The notes under the pieces were generated by a model that ran no database searches, was not told the origin of the DNA, and worked only from the letters and a program-made list of their open reading frames with translations. Source: Phoronis australis (Eukaryota; Animalia; Phoronida). Taken from it: DNA of 64,000 bases. Location of the stretch: NCBI GenBank assembly GCA_002633005.1, contig NMRA01000040.1:1051805-1115804 (forward strand), given 5' to 3'. Shown piece by piece: positions 50,891 to 63,086 of this stretch. The position numbers were made by a program, and so were the translations under genes. Each line of letters starts with the position of its first letter. The first letter of the stretch is position 1.

Positions 50891-53538
50891 TAAGTGGTCT
50901 GTTACATTTTGTAAACAATGACTTGCATGTTGCCAAGGGCCAGGTTGTGTATGACCCCATATTCAAGATTCGACCAGTCTACAAACATTGTAATAACAAG
51001 TTTTTGGAATTTTACCAGCTGAGTAGAGAATTAACAAAAGATGAAAGTATGATGGGATTTAAAGGTTGCATCAGTTTTCGACGGTATATGCCTGCAAAGA
51101 GAACACGCTTTGGCATCAAGAACTGGGTGCTGAATGAAAGTGTTAGCGGATACACTCTATGCATAATGTCATATGCTGGTAAGGAAAATGACAATGACAA
51201 TACTGACAGTTTGGCAATGGTTTTGAGGACAAGGGGTATCATATGTATACTGATAACTTTTATAGCTCCCCTGAATTATTCTTGCGCCTCAAAGACAAAA
51301 ATATTGGGACATGTGGCACTGTGCGTGGAGGTAGGAAGGGCATGCCCACTCCCTTCAAAACTGCTCCAGTGAAGAAAGGACAGGTAGTTATGCCAAAAAG
51401 GAGTCCTGACCGCTGTACAATTTCATGACAAGAAAACACTGCAGGGCTTGTCGTCAGTTCATAATGCGGACACTGTTACGAAGTCTGTGCACTGTAAGCG
51501 GTCAGTTGCTGAAAGTGGTGAGCGGCAAGTTATTAAACCTAAGCTAATTGATGATTACAATAAATACAGGGGGGGTTACGAACAAGATGGACCAGTTAAG
51601 TTTGTACTATGAATATCCTTACTGTATGCCCAAATGGTACATGAATGTATTTCATCATTTGCGAAAAATGGCAATGTTAAATGCGTGTGTGCTCTACCAA
51701 AGTGATGGCAATGAGCAAATGACTGCTGCCAGTTTTCGCCAGTCGGTTGTAGAAGGTTTATTGGAAGGATACTGTGTTAAAGAATTACGTGAACGGCCAG
51801 CCAGTACCTTCACCGAGTTTAGACTATCTGGGCGGCACTTCCTGGAGGGCACTGGCACATCCAGGCCAGACTGTGTCGTGTGCTTGGACCGTAAAAAGAA
51901 AAAAAAGCAGTGCAATACTCAATGTAAAGATTGCAAAGTTGCAATGCATGCTGTTGTGTGTTTTGAAAGATTCCACTCTTTAAAGGACTACAATCTTGTT
52001 GAGTAATAAGGACTGAACACATGCAATAAAATATACTGAACTTGTGCCTGAATCATTTACCTATAAAATAACTTGTTCATTCATCTACTCTGACTTCTTG
52101 TTAATTTTGTAAACATGTATATATTTTTCAAAAGGGGTAAAGTATAAAATGAATTTGTTGATTCAGTAGTTTTACAAATAATAAACATGTAAAAGTATGT
52201 CAGAGTAGTTGTGCTGTTCAATGATGCTCTTTGGTTTGACCTTGATTTTATCAGTATTGTTTACTGGTGTTAAACCTAGGAAAAATCTGTTAGTTCTTGT
52301 CCAAGCTCACAAATTCATTCTGAACAATAAAAAAAGCAAGATAAGACATTGTAAAACAGTTACTAACGCACATAAATTGCTTTTTGTTTCATCAAAATAC
52401 ATGCATGTTTGGACTTTTATCCTCAGGTCTTCTGATTCCAAGGCCCTTGCTCTGAAAAAATAAATATGTTTTATATAACTGAAATATAATCAACTACATA
52501 AATCTATACTCTACTCTGAAAAAACAAATATGTTTTATATAACTGAAATATAATCAACTACATAAATTTATACTCTTCTCACAATATCAATGGTAACTTG
52601 AAAAATAATGATCATCGCTTGAAAAATGATTAATTAAAAGCACAGGTTAGTAGTTTGTAACATGGCCACAAGAGGGTGCTTTATAATGCCTGGCACTGGA
52701 GGTTGTCTGGGCCACCATAGTGTCTGGCAGCAAGAGGGTTAATGCATTTTCATGAAATTTGGCAGTTTCTATTAAGGAGACTAGAACGCCTTACTATTTT
52801 CAGGAGATTTGATTTTTCTGCATCACCTAGTGGCCATTTAAAAACTTTTTGCGTATGTTTTTTACGTCTGCCTTTATCTGTCAAACCAACTAGAGGATCA
52901 TTATGAAAATTGACGGTTGTGTTCCTGATACGAAGACTCTGACTGTCATTGATTTTCGGATGTTTTGGACTATTCTGGCATCCCCTAGGGGCAATTTTGC
53001 TTTTTTGCATTTACTTCCTTAATCCTTTGAAGGATCTTTGTGAAATTTGGCAGATGGACTCTTATAGAGATGGCAACTGATGACGATGAGTTTCAGACCA
53101 ATCGACTGTGCCCCCTAGTATCAATTGTTTTTTTTACGTTTGCCTCTATATCATAGGAGTTTCTTAGCTTATCTCATAAAATTTGGCAAATGCTTGTGTA
53201 TAACAGAGACGCTGCCACCTTCTCAATTCGAACGAGTTTGACGCATTCTACGCCATTTAATGGCCATTTTTATGATACTAAAAAGCCCATAGAAGAACAC
53301 ATTTGTGGTGCTGTCATGGGCGCATTTCAGCACTCTGCGTTGCTCTTGTTTCTTTTGTTCTTTCCTATCCAAGTGTCATAATTGCAGTTTGTGTCACAGT
53401 TTTAAGCATTCATGATCCTGGTCGGTTCATCACTATGTAATACAATTTTCTCATCCATGTTTCAAGTTTGTATTTTCTCACACTAAGGCCAATACAGTGT
53501 GTTCGAGGTTTTTACTACAGTCTCCATCCGTGTTGCAG

Positions 53539-53717
53539 GCCAGTCATTCCTTAACTTCCAGAAGGGTGACCTGATTGTGCTGGATGAGACAGGTGAAGTG
53601 GTGATGAACGCCGGCTGGTGCTACGGCGAGTGTGCTCGCACGGGTAAGCTGGGTGACTTCCCAGCAGAGTGTGTCTACGTTCTGCCCACCATCAACAAAC
53701 CACCACCCGAGATACTG
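53539..53717 (+). CDS. MYO7A: Myosin VIIa exon, SH3
   Basis: ttgcAG / CTG|gtaag; [10 protein letters not shown]...GWCYG...GDFPAECVY. Confidence 0.95.
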
Positions 53718-53988
53718 GTAAGTGCAGAGGCACCTTCAATACACTTTAGTCACTTGCAAGATACTAATGTCACCAAGGCATTTAGGTTACCGTCAATCAA
53801 TGGGAATCCTTTAATTCGGTTTTGGTTCAAAGTTAACAGCTCCAGTTTACTTCAGTATGAACTGGTAGATTTATTTTGGAACCATTAATGCATCGCTACA
53901 GCTCAACTTCGGTGTATGTTGAAGTTATCGACAGGGGTCCTTGCTGCGACAGTGGTGAAGGTTGTATTACGCCACCTTGTAACAACTT

Positions 53989-56628
53989 AATAGAGAATCC
54001 TATGCAAGTCACAGGTTTATGACATGGGCAAAAGCTCTTGGAAATTTCATCAAAATCCTGAGGCTTGCCAAGGAATTTTGACAAAATTTCCAAGAGGTTT
54101 TGCCCATGTAATAAACTTGAAACGAGTGTAAGATTTGCTTTCTCACATGAACTGTAAAAATGATCTTTTTGCCGAAAAAGATGACATGTCTAAAACTTTC
54201 AACCACATGACACAACTTTTGTAAAAATATGCTTGCACAATGTAAATTAAACCCAATTACGGGAAAAAATCCCAAATTTAGTACAGTCTCCCAAATTTCG
54301 GACACCTTAATCCAACCCGAGACTTAATTTTTTTGATTCTGAAATTTGGGACACTGGAATTTGGCATTCGCCATATTTCTCAAATTTCTCACATCGATTT
54401 TAGAGGCATTGGCCGTAATTCTCACATTTCGGACAGTGTGCTTTTTCGCATGATAAGGGCTGAATGAAAATCTGGGAGTTCATCAAATAATGGTGATTAT
54501 TTACACATCGTTTAAAACTGCCAACCGTGTAATGTATTGACTGATGTCAAAGTCTAAAGTTATTGATGTGGATGGTTTGTGTATATCGCACGTTTTCGTG
54601 GCAGTCGTAATCACGGACTCAAAATATTTTCCACGCTTGATCGCGATTTCACTATGCAAATGAAATATATGTTCTCCGACTTTCACGTAATTGCCACAGT
54701 GTCACGCTTTGTATTTGGATTAACAGCTAAGTACTAAGCACCGGAGATGAGACCATTGTGTTACTAAGTCGAATCCCGGGTTCATGGCTTCAGTTTTTTT
54801 GTTTGCAAGCCCGCAGCCCACTTACCTTCCTCTCGTCGCCCCGACCTTCGCTTATGCCATGCGCCCAAATTGGCAAAACGATATTGTTCAGAGTCAAGTT
54901 ACAACAGACTTTGTGAAAAGCAAAAATCCATGTCCTAATTTGTTGTGCAGTATACGTTAAGAATGTTCATGTTGTAAATATATCTCTATGTCTCCCTACT
55001 GACATCCTATTTACTTGCCTATTTTGTATTCTACACGAAATGTTTGGGCTCTTTCGCACTTAGGTTAAGACTTTTGAAGCCATCTAAAAAGTGTGAACCT
55101 ACTAAACTTTAGTTTAAGTTGCTCCATTTCCACCCGTCCTCAGTACCTTCCATGGGTTGTTTGACCCACGGAGTGTGATTTGTAAAAGGAAATCTGGACC
55201 CATAGCGGAGATCGATCTAAATCTGCATACACGCATAAAAAAATAACTTAGCGGACGGCACTGCTATCAGGCGGGAGTGAAGAAAGGACAAATAAAATTA
55301 CAACAGCAGTACCATGAATGCAAGGGCCGAGATTATCAGGACGAACCGCTTGTATATTAAACCATAATTAGCATCGAAGAAGCTAACGCCCTTGTAGCCA
55401 GCTGCTTGAACAGTAACTTACACATGATGATGTTTTGCGGTTGGAACTATGTAGACTCTACCTTGGTTAAATTGTGATCTGACCTACTGCTATGTTTTGG
55501 AATAACAATTCCAAACTTTTATTGATTGAATATGCTCCAGTCGCATAAAGCAACAGCTCTGTAATTGTCAAATAAACGTCCGGATACGTAATCGAGCTAA
55601 AACCGTGGGGACCTTATTTGCGTGTATCTCCGGTTGGCGGGAACGCTGTTTGAGTGACAGGTAAGTCTTAAATATGTCGCACGCGCTGCCCTAGAAACAA
55701 ACCAGGGTTACATACTGCAGTCTGTGTTTGATTTGCGAACAAAACTTGAAGACCTTGAGCACCAATGGATATTGCGAATAATCAGTCAAGGCGTGTTACA
55801 CGACAAATATATATATTTTCTATCACAAAGTTTGGTAAGTCGACTGTGTTCAGAGTCAGTAACATCACTGTTTATGTTTTTGAGGACATTATGGGAATTT
55901 CTTGTCAGCAATGATTACAAATCTGCGCAGCTGTTCAAATGATCTGAAACTGAAAATCGAAACATTGTCAGCACCCGACCACATAAATTCTAAGATTTTG
56001 GACACCGGAGATTTTGCCGAATTTCATACGGCCAATATTGCCTATTTCTAAAATTTCGGACATGTTCAAAATATTTATTTTCTCGCTGTCCTAAATTCGG
56101 GAATTTTTACTGTACTTTTTGTTAATAATTTTCTTTTAAGCTTAAAAATTCAAAATTGCATTTAGTTTTCGTAACAAGCATTGCAGTTTAGTTTTAATAA
56201 ATACTTTTTGAAGGTGTAACATTTAAATGTAAATGTTTATAAATAACAGTTAGCAATAAAGTGACCTTGAGACAGCATAGCTAGTCAGGCTCACCGCGTG
56301 GTTTCTTGAGTTGAGGTTCCTCTCCAATTAAATGAACGTGGATATGGAATTCGCTGCCGAAGCTGGGTCTGTTTAAGAAGTTGTTTGCATGTTCTTCCAA
56401 CTGGGAGTACCTACAGCTGCGACAGCTGATTCGTCAATCATAACCATGTCACCTTCACAGAATTCTGGCATTGTTTGGTTGTTGGTATTAGTGTTTTACA
56501 GATGATAAAATGCAAGGTGGATAGATTTCTATTTTGCAGTACTTTGTGATTCGCCCTTGTAATATCAAAATAATTACTTAGTCAGTGTTAACTAGTCGGT
56601 TGTTACACATTGCAGTTCATGTGAGAAA
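53989..56628 (+). mobile_element. Second hairpin-headed (Crypton-like) element with a nested Tc1 MITE
   Basis: Palindrome 54012-54119 with loop GAGGCTTGCCA; TTTCTCACATGAACTG (54139-54154) pairs with terminal CAGTTCATGTGAGAAA (56613-56628). Confidence 0.6.
54284..56112. mobile_element. Tc1/pogo-like non-autonomous element, TA TSD
   Basis: TA|CAGT..CCAAATTTCGGACA ... TGTCCTAAATTCGGG..ACTG|TA; subterminal AATTTCGGACA repeats. Confidence 0.7.
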
Positions 56629-56937
56629 TGACGATAGTGTCATCTAGTGATAACTCTGATATCTTAGCTAATGCTTCGATGGTACCAAATTTGATTTGGT
56701 GGGAAACAGTCCAAAACACTGGGAATTTGCATTACATTAGAGTGATCTCATTTAACTCGCCTTAAAGGAGAATGCCACCCGATTTATTTAGTCTTTGTTA
56801 CCGTCTTAATCGATCTATATCCACATCACCTCGTATACGGTCGATCTCACCTCGCCGAGAGGTGTGGCATTAACCTGTGAGGAAGGTGAGTAAACGACGC
56901 AGCTACGTCAGTGGTTCTTCTGCAGAGTAAGTGCCGC

Positions 56938-57145
56938 TATGAAGTGGTGTATCGTTCCCGCTTGTGCGAACTATGATGCTGCGAGGAAAGCAGGTATATC
57001 ATTTTTTTTTATTTCCTTGAACGCCCAAAATGCTTTGGAAGTGGCTTGCAGTAGTGAAGAATGAAAAGTACGCCATTAATACCAAGTAGGAGGCTGTGAA
57101 AACTTCCGTGTCTGTGGCCAGCATTTTGTCGACAGTGATTTCACT
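56938..57145 (+). pseudogene. THAP domain remnant (Kolobok-like element starting TTAAAGGAGAA at about 56762)
   Basis: MKWCIVPACANY...SFFLFP*...KW...FRVCGQHFVDSDF with stops and a frameshift. Confidence 0.65.
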
Positions 57146-57720
57146 GATGAATGCCGGCTTACCAAACTGCTCATGCCAGGGCAGAAAAAGAGACTGATGA
57201 GCACTCGTCAAAGTCGAGATTGCAATTTGCCGTGTAGACATTTATTTTTGTGCGTTCTGTTTCAAAATGTTTTATTCTTACCCTAACCAATGCTTATATG
57301 AAACTGACACAAAGTGTCAAATTCTCTCGATGTGATTTGTAATGCCCTTGGAGTGTTCATCAGTGCAATTGTTTTGACTAGCCATCAGAATGAATAAATC
57401 ACTGCGTTACCGGCCTTATATGCAATAAAGGTAATTGATCGGGCACGGAGGCCATGTGAGCTCATGGTAATTCAGTGTTTGCTGACAGAAAGCTGTTGTG
57501 AAACAATAACTCAATTTTATATGCTATGGTCAGATGTTAGGGGAATCTTTATTTAGATATACATATACATTATTTGAATCATTGTTACTGTTCAACTTTT
57601 GCCCTGACGGTTCCGTGGAAGGGGAACCTGACGTGGTCCCCGACGAGTAAGTAGATTGGCAGTTTCGAGGCTAATTTACCAAAATAATCATGTGCACATT
57701 ATTTCTTTGGCTCACTTGTG

Positions 57721-58534
57721 CAGTCAAGTGACCTAATTATCGGACGTTTTGGCACATTTTGCATTATATTTAATTGAAAATACTACGGATTGTTGTAAAT
57801 TCCTTGCTGAAATAAAGACTTACCTTCAAGAATTGTTCTGTTACTATATCTTGTCACTGAAAGCCACATTTATGTTCCGACTGATCTTTAAAAAACATAA
57901 CTAGCAAACCTTCGGAGAACCTAAATATTGGACACCATGTTTCCCCATACGCCACACCGCGTAACTAACCACGTAATGGCCGCGGGCACCTTGTAGCCAA
58001 ATTTCAGCTCAAGTGTTTTGACATATATGTTGCTAGAACACAGGTTCATTTGCAACAAAATTATCCATAAAATGAAATCTGATGACGGCGCCAAGTCGTT
58101 TCGATGAATTAGTGCAGACGACTAAAGCACGTGCAAACTCACTGCAGTTTTTAGTATCACTTTGGCTTCTTGATATGACACCCGCACGTGCGCAGTCGGG
58201 GTTTGACTTGAGTTTAAAAACAAATGAAAAAATGAAACAGTGACATATTGTCAGTTCAATGAGATGGTTTCATTGTGGAAAAAGATTTTATTTTCAACTT
58301 TTATAACCAATTTATGCGCTCGTCCATTTTAGGCCGACTAGGGGGTCTAAATTGCACCCTCTCTTGGTGAAATCAAAACGAGGTAACGCTGTAAAAAACG
58401 AGACAGTGCCGGACATTGAATGTATTACAACGGATAAAAAATTGGTGTCATTTAATTCTCAGATTATGCTTCAAGTAAGATTTTTTGAAATGTCCGATAT
58501 TTAGGTTCCATCCGATAATTAGGTACACTATGTG
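57721..58534 (-). mobile_element. Tc1/mariner-type MITE, reverse copy of 50099-50890
   Basis: Near-complete reverse-complement similarity. Confidence 0.85.
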
Positions 58535-59081
58535 TATAGTCTTTTCGGGACTGGAAGTTTACTTTCCAACTTTGGCCGGTTTATGTTCTTGATGTCTTCA
58601 GTACGGCCACAACGGGCCTGATTGGGGTCTGAACCATTGGCCGGGATAACAAGCGTTTTGTGTGTGTAGAAGTGAAAAAATCGCTAGTCTAAAATTACAA
58701 AACACAGCAATGTTCTCCTGTCTATATTTCATGGAAGAATAATTCGAATTTACCACTGAACAGACTCCCGCGACCGACCGTGCTAAATTGGCCTACTGAA
58801 CTTTGTAGGCTACGGTACATTCTATTACCTGTAAGTCCGTAACAGCGAAATAAAATAACACGTTTGTTCAAGAACTGGATGTGTTTGCAAGGGTTTTACA
58901 TCGAATTTTGATGATTTATTGGTGAAAAACGATGAATTCAAGCAATAAGGTGACACCAGCAAGTGAATTGTGAACTGTCGAACAGACTGCATTCCAGTAT
59001 TCCATTCCCCTTTGTTTATTCCCAGTATGCTGTGTCCACAGCAGTACTGCTTGTGAGCATGTCTCTTGGTGGTGTTTTCAG

Positions 59082-59209
59082 ACTCTATTTGCACAGCAGA
59101 CTGGAGAGCAGGTAGAGAAGATAGCTGCCACCACGCTGTCGGCGGTGACCCCCGAGGAGCCCCTGGTCACCCAGTACACACTGCAGGAGTACTCGATGGA
59201 TCACTTCAG
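59082..59209 (+). CDS. MYO7A: Myosin VIIa exon (TLFAQQ...YTLQEYSMDHF)
   Basis: ttttcAG / AG|gtagc; YTLxEYSxDxFR motif; phases fit. Confidence 0.9.
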
Positions 59210-59557
59210 GTAGCAGGCCTTTGGTGGTACACTTAACATCACTTCAGTATATAACAGGATCCATTTAGATACTGATGTGTCAATGACTTCACAGTGTTTC
59301 TGTTGAAGCGACATTTACCGTTATAAAATTAGATTTGTCTTGTTTCATACTCTGTTTAGAAGGGATGTCTATGCTTTGAAGGAAATGTTATTTCTTCAGA
59401 CCAATTTTTTTGAAATTTCAAGTCACACAATATCACACTGTCAGTTCCTTCCNTTTGTGGTTACTTACTAAAGTTAACAGGAAGTACTTCAACAATATGG
59501 TGCACCCAACCAGTGCTTGACAGAAACTGACAAAACTGTTAACATTGTATTCAACAG

Positions 59558-59724
59558 ACTACCTCCAAAGAGAACACTCAGCAAGGCGCTGTCTATGTCA
59601 AGAGCCAAGAGAGGGCGCCAGGATGAGCTGTGGCGTTATTCAAAGGAGCCCATTAAACAGCCACTTCTGAAGAAGCTTATTGGGAAAGAAGAACTGTGCC
59701 AGGAAGCGTGCTTAGTCTTCTTAG
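59558..59724 (+). CDS. MYO7A: Myosin VIIa exon, MyTH4-2 start (PPKRTLS...[11 protein letters not shown]...EACLVFL)
   Basis: caacAG acceptor; ends at U12 donor G|ATATCCTT. Confidence 0.92.
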
Positions 59725-60293
59725 ATATCCTTGCAATGTCATTCATTTAGGGCATGTTGGATGAGAAGGGGTAACTTATGGTTAACTTGATGTGTGGTTG
59801 AAGTTAACTTGTTACTTAATTGTTATTGGGTATCATGTGGTTAACATGTCATTCAGTGCTGGTGTGGTATTGAATATCATGACAGAATGAGTACAGTGAG
59901 GTTATAAATGATAAGTTTGTGTTTTGTTAGTTGATTCTAAATGAACTTGAGGTGATGCCTTTATTGGACTGTATTGAGTGTCACATTGTTGTCTGGTTTA
60001 ATAGAACCCAAAAACCCTCTGGCATTTTTAGTATGACTTAACAACAAAACTTAAATTTATTTCACGTCTAGTTGGTTGATAGGGGACATCTTAATTTTGG
60101 TTTCCAGTCCATTGTGGCAGTGGTAGTAGCCCTCTAGGACTGTTCCAGTTTGATCTGGTCAAGGATACGATGGGGAAATTTTAACATCAAGCATTTCCTA
60201 ATAATTAGCCTAGTCACACCGCAAGCTGGTGAATATGAAATAATGAAAGCATACTTAAATCACATTTTATTGTGTATCCTTAATTCTTCTCAC
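59725..60293 (+). other. U12-type AT-AC intron
   Basis: 5' ATATCCTT; branch site TCCTTAAT at 60277-60284; 3' end ...ttctcAC; splicing restores FL-A-LLKYMGD. Confidence 0.92.
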
Positions 60294-60385
60294 CTTTACT
60301 GAAATATATGGGCGATCATCCATCAAAGAGGAGCCGCACTGGGAATGAGTTGACTGATCAGATCTTTGAGCCACCTCTCAAACAT
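60294..60385 (+). CDS. MYO7A: Myosin VIIa exon, MyTH4-2 ([13 protein letters not shown]...ELTDQIF)
   Basis: AC acceptor / CAT|gtgag. Confidence 0.92.
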
Positions 60386-60837
60386 GTGAGTACCTGCAAT
60401 GTGGACCTGAATTTGTTGTGCTGTTTTAGGTGTTAGAATGGTAATTGACAGGCTCAAGCATTCAAGCCCAGAAGCTATGCCAATGAATTAGTGTGTCTGT
60501 GTAGCTATCTATGAGTTCACTATCTTCTGCTTGATGGCAACATTACTGTGGAAAGATATTCCCAATAGATGTTTGAATATGGTATCATAGGCAGTTCTGA
60601 AAACATGCCAGAATGGTTCAAACTCATCTTGAATTCTTCGTTCATTAGATGGCAGGGTGCTCTTTTGCCAACTCTTGACTCAACGTATTCTGATGTTTTT
60701 TCTTATTTATTTGTCTCTATTTTGAATCCTGTATGTTTCCATATCAAATAGATGTTTCTGCAGTTTTTTGTATGGTAATTAATGTCATTTGGCTGTCTTT
60801 TTCAGTGCTATTTGCATTTTGCCACATCTACTTTCAG

Positions 60838-60899
60838 GAGCTGTTGCGAGATGAAGTTTATTGTCAAATTATCAAGCAACTAACTGACAACAGGAACAA
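60838..60899 (+). CDS. MYO7A: Myosin VIIa exon, MyTH4-2 (ELLRDEVYCQIIKQLTDN)
   Basis: ctttcAG / AA|gtgag. Confidence 0.93.
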
Positions 60900-61217
60900 G
60901 TGAGAACTTATTAATGATGAGATATCCTCAGATATCCTCAAACATAGACGTTAGTTACAGAGTCCAGGCAAAAATTTGATTTAACTTCCTGCAAAAGTGA
61001 TTACTCATAATAAAGTGTTTTTTCTAATCTTACCATCAAGAAAACACGAAATTAAAGTTGATTCAAAAAGCAAACTCAATAAGCAACTGGTAGTTTAATC
61101 GTGATCCCTGTGGTTAGTGTGTGACATTGTTCACAGTTGAGCTATGTACCTGAGTCATGCCAATCTCAATCAAGTTGGTTGTCGTATGACATTTGTATTA
61201 CTTTTCTTGTCATACAG

Positions 61218-61370
61218 GGTGAGTGAGGAGCGTGGCTGGGAATTGATGTGGCTGGTAACAGGCTGCTTCGCACCAAGCGCCAATCTGCTGAAGGAAGTGA
61301 GCACTTTTCTGCGCTCCAGTAGGAACCTATTGGTAGTTGATTGTATGAACCGACTGCAGAAGACACTAAG
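61218..61370 (+). CDS. MYO7A: Myosin VIIa exon, MyTH4-2 (SEERGWELMWLVTGCFAPS...RLQKTL)
   Basis: atacAG / AG|gtgag. Confidence 0.94.
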
Positions 61371-61587
61371 GTGAGGCCCTCAGGTCGCACTGGCTGATAG
61401 TGCTCACTTGGTTTTGATATATATTGTATTTATTTAGAATTGAAGCTGTGATGATATAATCAGTAAGTGGGATAAAAGATAAACTCCACATCTAAGCTTG
61501 GAGACTCTCACTGGTGAATTTAGGCTTCTGTCTATCAGACATTTGTGGCTGTGTTCTAGTACCTAGTGATTGTCTCTTAAGCACAAT

Positions 61588-63086
61588 AGCGGATTTGCAG
61601 CGACGCCATATTGAAATTGGGTTAATATGGTGCATTGTGGGTGCTGTGGTCAGCATTCTGAAAGCGGCCACAGTAACAAGCATAATACGCGGTATGAGCG
61701 CGAAGAAAACTTACGGCGGATACACTTGTTGTGTTCCTGGCTACTTCAAAAACAACAAGAGAGATAAAAATCTGAGTTTTTATGTGTTCCCTGCAAACCA
61801 AGAACTTAGTGAAAAATGGATAAACAACATTAGGAGAGCTGGGAGTAAGGGGAGATTTAGCGCATTCAAATCAACGCGGGGCCATCTAGTAGGCAACACG
61901 TAGCCCCTCGGTTGGCCATATAGGGGCTACAATACTTCCATTCGCTTTCTGTATTCATTTCGTTACTTCAGTGTATTTTAAACTGGCTGTGACCGGATTT
62001 GGGATACCGATTTCGAGTTTTCACCTCGTCAAAAATACAATCTACACTTAAAACTCATCATTTAAAAAATGCTTGCTTTCATCATTGGTCCTTTCTACTT
62101 CTATACATATCTTTGATGAAGCTTAGTTGTGAGAATTAAGTTGACTTTGGCGAAGAATTACAACTCCACTTTTTTGGTTGCCGTTAATTTTATCACCACG
62201 TGCGCGATAACCACAAAGCATGTCAACTGAATTACGTGAGTTAGGCAAAGGTTAACACGAGACTGAGCGAAGCGCGTGACGCTAGCGCGCGACACTTCTA
62301 AAATAGCATGAGAAGGTATCGGGTGAAACTTGTAAGATGTGTGTCCCTTGGACTTTTTATTCGTCAACATGCGTAATTTCACGTAACTTCCTCAAAATGG
62401 CACCCGGCAACTGAGAGAAACTCGGGCAAACCGCGACAGATTTTCATCGATTTGTTCAAGTTTTGCGGACTAAATTGTATCCAGAGTCGTGGTATGTGTT
62501 AATTATAACTCCGTGTTCCTATATGTATGGTTCATTTGATTTTATTTGCTGTATTTTGAAATGAGTAACTTTTTGTGAGGATGTACTATCGCCCCTGAAT
62601 GCCTGCAGCATCCAGTGCGATGTAATTGCCTAGGGGCCATCGTGTGTGCAGCAAACATTTTCCTGGTGGAAAAAAGACTTATGAGAACAACATTCCGACG
62701 GAGTTTCCTCTTAAAATTAACGTCTCTAGCATATCCACAGCGAAAGCTACAAAAGTTAAGCAACCCAAGAACTCTCAACTTGTCTGAAACCGGAGGAGAT
62801 TTCGAAATCAACGCCGATAACCCCAATACTGAACACGGCGACAGTCGTGCTCTCGGTCACACGGTCACTGATCATAGCTACGCTGTGTTTACAAACGAGA
62901 GAGAGGACTTGCTTGGTATTATAAAGCAAAAAATGAAACATGGTTTTTAGTTTGCAAATCACTCCAAATGCACACACTATCCAGCCTGCTCAAGACATGC
63001 CTGACCACAAGCTATCCCATGAGCCTTCGCGCAGGAAGTAACTCGCACATGCGCAATGCGTAGTTCGTCTGCGCTGCAAATCCGCT
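61588..63086 (+). mobile_element. ISL2EU-like deleted element with a THAP remnant
   Basis: AT|AGCGGATTTGCAGCG ... CGCTGCAAATCCGCT|AT; THAP (CCVPG...FYVFP...W...HRVCSKHF...PT) followed by a DHSY motif. Confidence 0.7.
61886..62632. mobile_element. hAT-like MITE splitting the THAP domain, TSD GGGGCCAT
   Basis: TAGGCAA / TTGCCTA ends; removal restores STRGHRVCSKHF. Confidence 0.72.

Larger units (their letters stand above)
49030..52006 (+). pseudogene. piggyBac transposase pseudogene (PGBD4-like)
   Basis: DESMMGFKG...YMPAKRTRFGIK, YTDNFYSS, MDQL and a C-terminal cysteine-rich domain (CVVC...CKDC...CFERFH); frameshifts and insertions. Confidence 0.9.
48755..52738 (+). mobile_element. piggyBac transposon with decayed transposase and two nested MITEs
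   Basis: TTAA TSD; TIRs GCCTCCTACTGCCA / TGGCAGCAAGAGGG. Confidence 0.92.
48181..53350 (+). mobile_element. HINE family A, copy 6 (divergent; interrupted by piggyBac)
   Basis: TTTTTATGTGCCCACATATTTATATGTAG head; ...GGGCGCATTTCAGCACTCTGCGTTGCTCTTGT tail. Confidence 0.72.
5279..61370 (+). other. MYO7A: Myosin VIIa gene (partial; 27 coding exons in window, 5' and 3' ends outside)
   Basis: Spliced exons give one continuous frame: motor ([59 protein letters not shown]), IQ motifs, SAH, MyTH4, FERM, SH3 and a second MyTH4. All exon phases are compatible. Confidence 0.96.
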
